From Takakia lepidozioides (lineage: Eukaryota > Plantae > Bryophyta), in NCBI GenBank assembly GCA_030704615.1, contig CM060731.1, forward strand, positions 89,652,001 through 89,716,000: a DNA stretch of 64,000 bases. The letters run 5' to 3'. The notes below the pieces were generated by a model. The model did no database searches and was not told the origin of the DNA. It saw only the letters and a program-made list of their open reading frames with translations. The position numbers and the translations under genes are program-made. Positions 51,601 through 64,000 of this stretch are shown piece after piece. Within the stretch, counting starts at the first letter, position 1; each line of letters begins with the position of its first letter.

Positions 51601-54600
51601 AGAGGGAGAAGTCTTTGGTGGCTGATATTGGACGGTGTGTGCAAGAGTGTAGATATCAGTGGATGTGCCAAGGACACTGCCCAATGTACCGTTCTTCCAG
51701 TTGTCAGTAATTCAGGCCACCTTGTCACGCATTCTCTATATCTGGTACTCATTTCTTTCTCTCTTTTGTTTTCAAGGGTATGTGCCATTGTTCTCGAAAG
51801 AACAGTGAAACACTAAAAATTTATGTGCCCTGGTTACACCCCATCTGTAATTCATCAAGGGACAACTGTTTGTCAGGACATTTATATGCATATACAACAT
51901 TGAGACTTATAAGATGTAGACTAGACTGCTGCATTAACAAGCCACTTGTTACACTTGGCAGGGCCATCCGGCACCCAGCAAGTGGTTATGTGCAGGGGAT
52001 TAACGACTTGGCCACACCATTCATGATAGTGTTTCTTTCTGAATATTTGGAGGGCGACATGGACAGTTGGGTGTTGAGTGAACTTCCAATGGAAACCATT
52101 CACCAGGTTGGTTTTATTCTCCTCCAAAGACAGTCATCTTAACTTGACTGAAAACAATTTCTGTATCTAACCCAAAATACAAGTACCTACAGACTTGCAA
52201 CCTCCAATTTACCATATCCTCATGTAGGAACTTTCCAATATCCATGAGGTTAGTTCCTGGCATGCATGTGCATTTTGTATCCTTCATGCAATCTCTCTAG
52301 GAATGTCACGTTTTAGGGATAATACACCCTTGTTTGCACATCATTAAAAATTTCTGCTCACCAATATGAATGCATCTCGATATGCCGTGAATAAAAATTG
52401 CAATTTTCATTTCAAGAAAATCTCTCCATTCTAGCTATCCCTCTTCAAGACTGCAGGGAATAGGGGCAGCCTTTCAGACGATGGAGACTTTGACATTCTC
52501 ATGCGTAGCAAGTCTTGTGAGAATTGACACTAGTATCAAGTTGGACATCAGAGACCAGTGAATGAGAGGGAAAGCAAGAGAGCAGTCAAACCAGGAATCA
52601 CCTATGAATGGATCGAATGGGGGGGTACAGATGGAGGCTGATACTTTTTGGTGTCTGACAAAACTATTGGATGGCATTCAAGACCACTACACATTTGCAC
52701 AGCCTGGCATCCAGCGCCTTGTCTTCAAATTAAAGGAGCTTGTGCGGCGTATTGATGGTTCTCTCTCTATCTCCTTTTAGATAAATAACTTTGATGTTCC
52801 TAAAAAGGGTCACTCTGGTGAGACTATCCCGGACAAGGTATCAGAAAACTGTTCACCAACTTCAAAATCTTGAGGCTGGAGTCCTGTCCCTGTTGGGGTC
52901 TAATTGCTGGGCAGTTCACACACAGCAAGTTTTGTGAAGGGCTTTCTAGAGGACATCCGGAAAACGTAAACTAATTGTCTGTATCATGGTAAATCACTCT
53001 ACTGGAGTGAGCCCCTCACAAAGGTAGTATCGGTTCTGCTCAAACTGGATGCGGGGTCTATGGCCACAAGGCTATGGTAAACAACGTCTTGTGAGTGCAG
53101 CTTTTTATCTAAATAACTTTCCAAATGGAAAAGGGGAATTCAAAAGCTCGTTCGCTAAAACCTCAATCACAACAGTGGGAAGCCAAGAAATGTTAACAAG
53201 GTTAGGAACCAGGACACCTGCCTAACCGCGGTTGAACAACAGGAGAGTGGTCAAACTAACCATCTCATTCTGTCACTTCAATTTCTGTCCTCCTTTTAAA
53301 GAGGAAAGGGGCACGACACACACCAACCCCCCCCCCCCCCGCCCACCCCGACTCTGTGTTTGTTTCTCTCTGAACATTATGAACCCTTTTTGTCTCTGCC
53401 TCCCCAGCCTATGTTTGTGGGCTTTCTTCATCTACTACCTGATGGCCATTGGTCAAATGCTCCATTCCTTTCTACCAACTCAGATGTGCAGCAGGGATCA
53501 TTTCTTTTTTGGTTGCAGAGAGCATGGGTGGATAAGCCTCTACCTTTCTTCGCGGTTATTTCTAAAAATTATGGTATCCAGAAAGCGAACAAACAACTGC
53601 TGAAAACTTTCGGGGGTGGCAGAGCCGGTGGCAAAGCACTTGGAGCAGGAGGGATTGGATTTTATGCAGTTTACATTCCGGTGGTTGAACTGCCTCCTCA
53701 TTCGTGAGGTACACACAATTGATATTAACTTTCTCAGAGATCTATCGTAACAACAACTTAAGGAAGTTTCTTGTAAAGCCTTCGAGTGCATGAAATTGTT
53801 TTGAAGGGTGACACATTCTGAAAGTCCAGTTTTTTCATTTACAACCTCAAAGCTAAGTCTGCCTGCAGAGTCAGTAATAACCCCAGTCACAGTGACACTG
53901 AACCCAGCCTCAGTATGCTGGCTAGGAAACTGCGTCAAACAATTTTGGGTTGTCCATGACTTTCACATGGATTTTTGAGCGCACAAGTTGTGTGGTAGAT
54001 AATCTTGTATTTTGAATTGATCATGGGGCGGTTTTTCTTGAATAGGTTCCTTTCCAACTGATTGGACGCTTGTGGGACACATGGTTGTCTGAGGCTGACA
54101 ATTTTCCTGAGTACCTTGTGTACGTCTGCGCTAGTTTTTTGCTAACTGTAAGTCCCTGCCCTTCTTTCACTCTCCCCTTTCCTAAGTCTGCGCCTGACAG
54201 TTGTTCACATTACATGTATGACGCTGATGCGCAGATGATGAAAGCTGTCTCTTCTCCATTGGATTAGCTTGTGACATATGCAGTTGGATGCTGCATTCAA
54301 GTGTACCATGCTTGTTGTATATGTACAATTTTGTCTATATCCTGTCCACATGCCAGTAATCAATTTTTCAGTTATGTCAAGAATAGTCTGTACCGTAAGC
54401 CTTCCCAGTTTTGCCATATTTTTCAGTTTGCACCAGTTTAGGGCTAACCTGGTTTCAAATTTCCTCCCCATGTGTCCTCCTATTTCAGACAGTGCTTTTG
54501 GATGGTGGACAATATGCCCCAGTTTCTCTTATACAATCCATCGCTGCTTCAAGTTACTTATCTCCAACCCTTGTTTGGGATGCAGTGGTCCGACCAACTG

Positions 54601-54750
54601 CAGCAACTTGATTTCCAGGAAATGGTACTATTTTTGCAGCGTCTTCCTACCAAAGATTGGACACATCAAGAGCTTGAAATGGTGCTTTCACGGGCATTCA
54701 TGTGGCGCGTCATGTTTGACCGTTCCCCTTCCCACTTGAATTCTGGGTGA
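48684..54750 (+). CDS. TBC-domain Rab GTPase-activating protein, GYP1/TBC1D22-like; exons ~48684-48772, 49978-50112, ~50300-50548, 50784-50854, 51011-51148, 51654-51744, 51962-52106, 52631-52757, 53623-53708, 54046-54147, 54586-54750
   Basis: LNQTLRKVTG, LRELAWSGVP..IRPTVWRLLLGY, ISVDVPRT (IxxDxxR), AIRHPASGYVQGINDL (YxQ), EADTFWCLTKLLDGIQDHYTFAQPGIQ, QFTFRWLNCLLIRE, RLWDTWLSE. Confidence 0.93.
52793..53109 (+). mobile_element. 5'-truncated, 5'-inverted LINE insertion with an 11-bp TSD in a RabGAP intron
   Basis: taaataacttt at 52782-52792 and 53110-53120; ~52793-52848 is inverted relative to 52849-53100. Confidence 0.8.
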
Positions 54751-56941
54751 CTGAGTTGGCCAACTGCTACGAGCATGAATGCAAGAGAGAGAGAGAAAAG
54801 AGATGTGTGTTTTCTCGCTCCTTGTATTGATGCAACGTCATCAATGAGGCTTGGGAATCATTGGGTGACAACAAAGGCCAACTTTGTAGGGAAACCAATC
54901 CCCTGGTGTGTGTAGAGGGTGTGATGGCATTACTGCTAGTCCCTTTCCAACACTCTCATAACCAATTTTGGTCATTGGGGGCAACATTTCCACACAAGAT
55001 GAAGGGGTTGGTTGTGTCTTCGGTGCTCTGCTGCAAGTTTTTCTCTTGTTGCTTATGGGATGGTCTCTAAATGGTCATTATCATGCTGAACTCTTCAAAA
55101 GCCAAAAGTAGTGATTTCCCTGGCAATTTATCCATTGGTCTAGTGTAGTATTAGTGACAAGGACCAAATTCATTTGGTCCAGATGTTTGCAGACATCTGG
55201 TTGTTAATGAAGGCTGTTGGATTGGTTGATCAAGGAAAATCACTGGCATCTTTTAACCGAAACTTAGATTGTCGATTAAGTCAGGGTACTGGACAGTGCA
55301 GGTTCTACAATGCACTTCAGTGAAATGCTCTGAATTTTCTTCTCGTTCTATTCACGCAGTATAGTTTGTATGTTGCACGGAAGGTTTGTCTATGGTTACC
55401 AAGTGCTACAAGTGTTAGTTTCAATTCCATCTTTCCATCAGACTCTAGAGTTGAAATGGTTTGTCTCTCTTGGTGAATACCTTATCCAGTATTCAGAGTG
55501 TGCTGTATTACAAGGTATGCAAGCAAACTCTGTCATATCCTTGGTACCTGGGTCCAGCAGTTCTGTAAGCACCTCCACTTCCACTCCGCTGTCCTGTGGC
55601 CAGGGTTATCAATTGACTGTGTCTAACTTATGCCACTTTCAAGATTTCACAGCACAATTTCAGGGAATATACTTTAGGTGGCCCTCTAGCTTCAACTTGG
55701 GTGAAGTAAAAGTCGCTCACTTTGCACTGATGAGATCCTGGCACCCATGGGGCTTAGTTTTCTGATCCTGGACAGAGGAAAACAAAATATAAATTTGTCA
55801 TACAGTTGATCTTGGGTCGCTTATGTCATTAACTGGCAGCTGATCCACGGATTGTTGCAGCTGGATAGACAGGTGTGGAGCTTGCTGCTTCCAACAGGTA
55901 AAGGAGATTGATAGAGAGTTTACAACTATCAGACATGAGCTCATGAGCTGAGAGATTGTTTGGTAAATGCTAGCTTCCGTTTGCACTAATAGTCTGTGAT
56001 ATTAATTTGAGCATAATCTTCCTTGAATAAATGTCTAAATTACATTTTTATAATCGCTACAGGTGATATCCTTCTGGGTGATATCCTTCTTGGCGTTTCC
56101 TACAAATTAATGCTATGGAATCACCCTACTGTTTTCCCTCCTCTCATCAGTTTCCTTTGCCTCATAGATTACTTGGGTTTTCACAAATCCACTTGCATTT
56201 AAGCAACACGATCCCTCTCCTCTCCTTCAAAGTGCTTAGACAAGATAAAAGCCTAAACGATAAGGACACGACCATGAGAATGGGCTTGTGTCCGTTCTGC
56301 ACGATTGGGGTGTTACTGTTTGCTAGTTTGGATGTGTGTCTGAGGCAAGAGTTGGGACGGATCGGCTGCTATCCGACACGCTGGGACAATGTGTGCACTT
56401 GTCATCTCCAAACCTAATTTGCTGCTTCCGATCCGATCCAATCCATGTGGAAGTGATGGAATTCCTTGGCCACCACCTCGTGAATGGCACCGCCTCCTGA
56501 ATTTCTAGAGGATGTAAACCAAGTATGTAAATCAAGTCCAGAAGGATTCCTGCCAGCTTATGACTTGTTAAAGGCAGCATGGAACCAATGGATTGAGCTC
56601 CGTCCACCTGAGGTCTGGAAATCTTAGTTTGGGCACAGAATTAGTCTGTTGCGACGCACTGGTTGTCCGTGTCGATAGTAAGCCCCAAACCCTGAACTGT
56701 CCATTGCAAAGAAATTTAATCCTTAGTGTATTCTTTACAAATTCACTTAGTTGTCCATAATGTCATAGTATAGCTTATGACTACGGGTACATTCAACACA
56801 CAGCTTCAACCAGTATTAGACAAACATTCTGGCCACTACTATAGGGGTCAGAAGGCATTGAAAAGCATTCACCAAAGATTACATTTGAATGATGTGTACA
56901 AAACGAAGGGTTTACCATACCAGCCTTGGCTAAAGAAACCA

Positions 56942-57765
56942 CTAAGGAGCACTCTCTTCTTCATCCTTTATGAACCTCAAAGTGGAGGGCTTGTCTGCTT
57001 TGGTTGCAACTGCTTTGGCTTTGGACTTTTGAGCTTCGATGCTAGACTTGAGTGCTTCTTTCCGGCGAGCATTGGCCAGCAGCTTTTGGTCGTAGGCACT
57101 CAATCCCTTGTCTTCCTCAGCTTTCTTTTCTTCTGGTGGAGGTGGCTTGCGCTTGCCTGCCTGGGCCTCTGCCTGCCCAAACACCGCCAAAGCTGTTGCC
57201 GAGGCTGTTGCATATGCAAAGCATCTGCAAAGAAGAGAAAGCTCTGTGCTTCAGTTGATCACCATACTTAATTGAAGTCACTCTCAAATTCACTCCAGTA
57301 TCTTTGTCAGCTCTTTCTTGCTGTCAAATCCATGATACACATCTCCACGTCTTCACATCTGTCTGTTAGAGAGCACAGGATTTCTTGGGAGACTTTGCTT
57401 GCCTTCGCTTTGACTGCCATGAGGATAAGGGTTGAGGAGACTAAGTGGATGGCAAAGTGACCTCGCTACTATTGGTGAAAGCCTCCTTGCCGTAGCCTGC
57501 CTTTGCAAGTGGGGGAGATCTAATCTAGGATGGGGACAGGGACACATGAAAAGAGAATAGAGGAATACCTCCGAGATACATCAACTGATGCTGTCCGAGT
57601 TTGATCCTTGTCCAGCTGACACACCACTACTAGCTGAGGTCTAGCCGCCAATGATGGTCCACAGGACATCAAGTCCACACTATTGCCTCCAGGCTGTGTT
57701 GATTTCAGGAGAGTTGAACAAAAGAAAGGGGATGATGACATGGCCACTTTGAATGTGCTCACCAT
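56942..57765 (-). CDS. Small basic protein with a bipartite plastid/thylakoid Tat targeting peptide (predicted lumenal); exons 57765-57569 and 57224-56942
   Basis: Ser-rich N-terminus, SRR twin-Arg across the splice junction, hydrophobic CFAYATASATALAVFG, AEAQA cleavage motif, then GKRKPPPPEEKK...KLLANARRKEALK. Confidence 0.8.
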
Positions 57766-59849
57766 TGCTACCTTCCTGAATCTGACAATAGAAAATAATC
57801 AGCAACAGATGGCATCCCATTTCCATTTTCTCTTATCAGACAATGTATACTCTGCACCATTACAAGGTTTACAACTTCTTATTGGGAATTAGCGGGAGCC
57901 TCTGAGGGTAATGACAGGTATGGTTGACACCTTGCCAATATCATGGAAGTGACAAGGTCAATTAGAGCTAACACGAAAATGTACATCACGAGATTTCACA
58001 TTTTTATGGATGATCCTGTGAGTGGGCTCAAAAGGTAGCGCTCCCTCACTGGCTGCAAACAAATTCATTGAAGGATGTGCTGATTCACTCAAAAGATGAG
58101 GGTTTTCAGCTTTGATTCTGCAGCTTCAGTCCTGCACTAGACTATCCATATCCACGAAATTGCAAGGCAGTCATCTGCAAACCGGAGACAGGAATAGAAA
58201 CGAGAAGCGAGAGACGTAGCACGCTGTAGCCTTCCAGCCACGCCTCAGTATGTGATTTGACAATCTGAATACGAACATAGCCCACCCATAGCAGAATACG
58301 TCCCCTATGCCAGATAGAGCTCACTCTCGCCGGTCGTAAACAAGATACCACTTTGCAGGAAAAGCAGTGGATGTTGGGTGTGTGAGTGTGAGATAGAGAA
58401 CAAAGGGAAAGAAGTAATAAAACTTTATAACGTCCACAACCCGAAGGCCTGTAGGACGAAGGAGAGACAGAGAGAGAGATTTGTCACCACATGTGTAAAT
58501 TTGTACAAACATGAATTATTGGTCTTAAGGAAACACACAGCTCCCTTTCTATACTCCATTGCGTATCTTTGAACAGTGAACAAGAGCACAATGCAGAACT
58601 CTGAAGTTGGAGGAGGTGGGCAGAGTCGTGCTCTCTGTTTATTGTTCACCGACGTTGAGGATAAGAATAAAATTTCAAAGCTGTGATTCTTGGAAATCAA
58701 GCTGGTGCGCACTCAGAATTCTCTTCGTAGAAAATGCTGAATCCCTCCATGCCCGATTTCCGAAATCCAAGATCAAGTCCAATCATCGAGCCTAAAGTCA
58801 ATCTTGTTTTGTAACTCAGACCCAGTGTAAAACGAAAGTTCTCCAGGCTTTACACACTGTCCGTGGAGTCCACATTGGCTACTGCCCGAAGCACATGTAC
58901 ACTCCGCTCCCCCAAAAACCAGGCCACCACCTCCCTAACAAGACCTTTAATCATATCTTTGCCTCCTGGTTTGAATACTCACATGGATTCAACCCAGTTC
59001 AACAACGGAGATGAAATTTCCTTCTGAGCAGCAAATCGCAGGGAAGCCCAGCAATGCGGTAGGTCGAGGACTGCCGCAACGTCGTCTCCACCAAACTCTC
59101 AAGTCCTGTCTATGCAGTTTGAACCCTCGACAGCAGAAAAGCGATCGCTAAGCTGGACATGTTATCTTGTCCAATCTGAGGTGCCACAGGAGGAGTGGTG
59201 GACAGAGGAAAAGGGATAATATACACATGGCACTGCTTGGCATATACTTTGGGCGTTCCCAGTATAATGTTGTCGGAATGATAACTCATTCCTGCACCAC
59301 TCCTTTTTTTGCTGGAGTCCGTATCACGACGTTGGAGTCGTGATACAGGAGTCATCCCTAAATGCCTACACGACCCTCAACCCATTGTATTTTTTATGCA
59401 GAGTCTGGAATCTGGACATGTGAAGCAAAGTTGTAGAGGGAGTAAAAACTTTTGGTTTCAAGTCCATCTCATAAATCCTGTCTTTCAAGGGGAAAGAGAT
59501 GAGCTTTTCATGAGACATCTTGAAATCAAGGAGGTTGCAAAACAGGTTTTTAGGCCATGAGATGTGTTACAAAGGAAATCATGGAACTTTTGACATGCAA
59601 ACACTATAATTGTGCAAATCTCTCAAATTTTTTTCATGCTGGAACATAGATAAGCAGCCTCCCGGATAGGGTCGTTTGAGAAACAAAATGGATTTGTAGA
59701 GGTAGCAATTGGTAGAGAAGAAGGGCCCTGTGTTTGTGAGAAATCGGTGGAGCCCCTTCGTGTAAGACAACCTTTTTGATTACTCGTCTCACCACCCTCC
59801 CAACTTCTTCTGCACCCCAAGTGCTCATAGAAAGAGTTAGGAGGCCTGG

Positions 59850-61050
59850 ACATCAACATATTGAACCTGGCAAAATTGAGTGCACAACAATTTTTTTTTG
59901 GCGAGTTCTTTTATTGGAAAGCAAAGGAATTGTCAAACCAGCAACTGCTGTCAACTTTTCGGAGATTTGCAAGCGATAATCTAGTATGTCTCTCTCCACA
60001 AGTCCCCGAGTCCAAACAACTAGGACATCCAATTCGCACTGGTTTCATAGTCCCTGTTGCACACATGCTCACAATGTGACCCTTTCCCTCATAGCCTTCA
60101 AGTAACCTATTCACAAGTGAATATCCCATGCCATTAGATAGATCCAATGTGTCATTCCTGCCTAGATACACCTCCATCCTTGCGACATAAGCAACACATG
60201 CCAAACATCAAAATTCACTCCCCTACTTCACAAGTTTTTTGGCTAGGTACTGTTGGCCCTAAGCATATTTCCCTTTATATTTAACCATCATCTCGTCTAT
60301 AGTCAAGTTTTTGTTCAAGGCTGCAGGCGTACATGGTATTTTGAGCATCCACAAGCCAACGGGATATCTTAGCCAATTTGTCATAACCAAATTTATTTTT
60401 GTCCACTTCCACTGTCATGTTGTCAACAAGATGGAGACATCCAAGAATTGTCTCCGACCTGTTTCTACTCATGATGCAAGTAATAGAAGGACAAGTAAAT
60501 TTTTCATGGTTGGCCTTTCAAGAAAGGTGGATGTTGGGCAGTTTTCTTTTCCCATCAGAATGTGGACAACTAACCAGGCCCTAAGTTCATTGACAATGAC
60601 AACATCAGAATGGACACCCCCTCAACCTCCCCTTTGAATTGAGAATTTAGGCATAAAGGTTGGTCAAGATGACCACCTTACGCACAAGGAGGAAAAAAGT
60701 CATTTTTGAGAGGCATCATCACCCAAAGGAACATCATGACCAAGGTCTGCACAATCCACATTACTTCAGGGATTTTTTTGATATTGGAATTCCGTGTATC
60801 ATTAGCAAAAAGGTCATGAGCAAGCCATGACTCCCATCCAATGGGTAAATTATACATCCCTAACTCTCAGCTGTGATTCCCAGTATCGTCACAAAATTCC
60901 CACAGGTCTAGATCAATATCAGTCGCACCCTCTACATTTACCTCTTCATCTGGATCGTAGTCATCGTCGGAGGAGTCTCCATCCGATGAATTATGGTCAG
61001 ACTGGGGCATGGATGCAACCCCAACCATCTCTTCAACCAAGCAAGGAAAT
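59850..61050 (-). mobile_element. Degenerate piggyBac-type transposase (DDE_Tnp_1_7-like)
   Basis: Acidic N-terminus (SSDGDSSDDDYDPDEE), MSRNRSETILGCLHLVDN, DKLAKI.WLVD, LTIDEMMVKYKGKY..QYLAKK, GMGYSLVNRLLEGYEGKGHIV...ATGT; many frameshifts; TIR/TTAA ends not located. Confidence 0.8.
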
Positions 61051-62079
61051 TGAGCATCCAAGTCGAGCCAAGTACAAAGAAAAGATGATCCATGTAAACA
61101 CCAATTCTACCAAAAAATGAAACGAGAAATAGTTCCTCCCACAATGTCTCAAAGTGACTTCCATGACAGTGCCATAAACGATTATCTGGTTGAATATGAG
61201 GATGTCATGTCCTCCAAATGTAGATAAAATACCTTGACAATTTTCCCCGGAGGCCCCAATGCCTCTTCACTCTGACTATGACCAGCATTGTCTCAACCGG
61301 CCATTTTTTAGCTACGAATTAGGACATAGTTCGGAGGTCCTCTGTCAATCAACAACGGGTTCTATAGATTATCCAATTGTCTTGCCAGAGCTTTTCAGCC
61401 TCATCATGGCTTGTAGAACGGGCTTCAAAAGTCTAGCTAGACTGCTACTCTCAACAGATTATTCACCTTTAATAGAGAAGTCCTATGGATTGTCTTATTC
61501 TCTCTGCTTGACCTAGGCCCAGTATGATTGCAAGATAGAGTGAATCAAAAATGGTGATGTCCCTAAAAGTCCATACAACCTCTCAAATGGTGGGGTCCAC
61601 GCTACCTATGACAAATTATATTGGTCCAATAGGTAATTATCACCAAAGTGTATTTTGACCTAGATTACATGACCTATTTGTCCATACTTGTTGGGGCCAT
61701 TTGAGATAATGAGAACTTGTACCTTTTTAATAAAAGGTAGCATCCCAAAAAAAACAAAAAAAAACCGCTATGGACTTCTGAAAAAACACACATTTTTTGC
61801 TCATAATTTAGTCCATAGGTTCTAAATAACAAATCTGTTTGTCCATGTAAATAGATCATTACTATGTCTACAAAATTGGCCCCCACTATTCAAAAAATTT
61901 AGAGCAATTGCATGTTTGAAAACGTAGATAGAACAATAATGAGGATTGTATAGAAACTCTCCACCCAACCATAGAAGCAACAATTGATCTGTATTGAAGA
62001 CACAGCCTCTCTAAATAGAGAATTATTTTTAGTGTCTCTAATTAATTTTTTTGACAAGTCAAATTATATATTCATTGCT

Positions 62080-62900
62080 GTTTTCCAACACCCTCTCTTA
62101 GCGAGATAATCATGCAATCTCAACCTTCTAATGTCTTTTGTGAAATAGCACCAAATTCAAGTGCACACTTCATGTGCTTTAGCTTTGGTAAGTTTGTTAT
62201 CAAAACATTAGCAACCATGTATTTTATAGGGAGATATACCACTTCAAGTTCTCCTTTGTCGGATACAACCTCCCGAATGTAGCATGATGTTGAACCTCAA
62301 TGTATTTAGTTCCTAAATGGTATTTTGGGTTCTGACTTAATGCCCTCACACTTGATTGTTACTATATAGAGTTGTAAGGTTTGACTGTAGGTGCCCAAAT
62401 CTCAGATAGCTTCTGCAACCACTAGAATTGGCTTCTATTTGCTTTCGCAGAAACACAAAGTACATCTGGAGTAAGACTAGCTAATACGTCTAGTGATGAT
62501 TAAGTGGCTCCTCCGGATTGTGAAACGGTAGATGATGTCAACAATGTCATATTTATTGGGCAAGTTAGAGTATGGATAGGGGATATAGGAAAATATGTCT
62601 TTTTGTTGGTGGATGAGATGGAGCGTCTATCACTCACACTTGCAAGCCCAGCCTCTGAAGAAGATTTGGAATGAAGTCCAAGACGAAGATTCTTATGATT
62701 GTAGAATGCAGATGGAGCTGCCACAAAGTAAGTTCCCAACATTTGTTTAGAACATTCAAAAATTTGGCTAACAATAAATTTTCTTAGCTTAGGACTAACT
62801 TGTAAACCCATTGTGTATAATCCATATACAAAGAGAAAGAGAAACTTCATAACAGAATCTTCCATGAGCTAAAATGTGTAGGAGGCCAGAAATGAAGAGA
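62080..62900 (-). mobile_element. Highly degenerate Ty1/copia RT-end/RNase H remnant with PPT and LTR start
   Basis: Traces of DRRSIS, SQNPKYHLGTKYIEVQH, ELEVVYLP..MVANVL; minus-strand aagagagggTGTTGG at ~62098-62084. Confidence 0.65.
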
Positions 62901-64000
62901 GAGAAACTTGTTGTGGATTATTTATTAAATATTCAAAATAAAGATGAATGAACACTGCTAAAAATCCATAGAACTGGAATGAACTCTAAAATCCGTTTTA
63001 TGTATCATTGCTCAAAACATGGTATACATTTGAGATGTTCAAGTCTATATAATTAAAATTTTATGTATTGAATCGCTTAAATACTGCAAGTTCCTTTTAA
63101 AAATCTAAAATTAATTACTAATTAATCACACGATGACTTCATTAATAATTTATGAAAAAACATCATGTATCATTTGACAACCATCATATTTTATTTCCAT
63201 CTCTTTGTCTAAAGTACTGATAGTTCTACCGATATACTAACCATGTTATGTTATATTCATGTTTGAATTTTTAAAATTGGTCATACATTCATCATGTTGA
63301 GGATGTCTAGGTCATAGTGTCTCTATATCACTCCATATTTTCATGAATGAACTACAATGGCACATTAATTACACCTACTACTACTCAAAACATGGTATTA
63401 AGTGAATAATTATCAAACTTTTGATTTCAGTAACTAAAATAATATCCCGTCTATGATAGAAATTTGCATGAATTATGCAATAAGGAAAGTCGAATAGACA
63501 AGGCTAACATGGAGGCAAAGATTTCTAGTACCTTCCATGTTGGAATGTAGATCTCTTTAGAAAGAATTATTATTGGAAGAGTTTAGAAGATAGACAACAT
63601 CAAGTGACAATCCCATCAGTCCCATACAAAAAGTTGTTCATTTTTCAAATCACTTTATCACTGTCGACCCAGTGGAAATCTCTTCTAGAGGACATCTAAC
63701 CCAATGCAGTAGTCCACGGTGCATTCCATCTTTAGCAATTCGCGGCTGTGACAACGAAGGATCCAAGGCCGAAGTCTCTCCTTGGGAACAACCACAATAG
63801 TTTGACAGATATGACCGCAATGACGAATCAAAATAGGGGATCAATCCCAATGTAAGAAGTCCTCCCAACAACAGAAGAAAAACAAACTCAAAAGCTAACA
63901 TCTTCTTGTAACCGACATTTCCAATGCCCTTGTGGGTGTTAACCCTCTCACCAGCATTGAGTCTAGAGGAGTTGCCCTCCCCTTGCTCATCAGTAGCAAC

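Noticed and set aside
2467-53109. Sense-strand-only intronic repeat (Introner- or snoRNA-like)
   Set aside because: The copies resolve into LINE 3' fragments with TSDs, and at least one (3332-3377) is antisense to the host gene.
63650-63901. ORF with a hydrophobic segment (possible type II membrane protein)
   Set aside because: No recognisable domain, it lies at the window edge, and it is flanked by TE-derived AT-rich DNA.
1-64000. tRNA/rRNA genes
   Set aside because: No cloverleaf with A/B boxes or rRNA-like segment was recognised by eye; a tRNAscan-SE/Infernal run would be needed to exclude them.

Overview
Eukaryotic nuclear DNA from a land plant, most likely non-seed (bryophyte/lycophyte grade; this is an inference from protein style and TE types). 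Spliced host genes: the 3' part of APC5 (+), a Core-2/I-branching GT14-like glycosyltransferase (-, apparently with an internal deletion), a MORN-repeat membrane protein (+), PIG-U (-) head-to-head with DDB1 (+; intron 1 looks U12-type), a TBC/GYP1-like RabGAP (+) and a small Tat-targeted thylakoid-lumen protein (-). A nested transposon island at about 9.3-25 kb holds gypsy and LINE scraps, a decayed Ty1/copia, a higher-order ~60/120/243-bp tandem array, a SWIM-finger fragment and a hAT MITE. It also holds the most notable feature: a decayed Ty3/gypsy-type retroelement whose polyprotein carries a C5 cytosine DNA methyltransferase ahead of the RT and a PHD finger at the C-terminus. One LINE family has repeatedly inserted into introns (TSDs and a twin-priming inversion are visible). 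The right end holds piggyBac and copia remnants. Exon boundaries were read by eye and may be off by a few bases.
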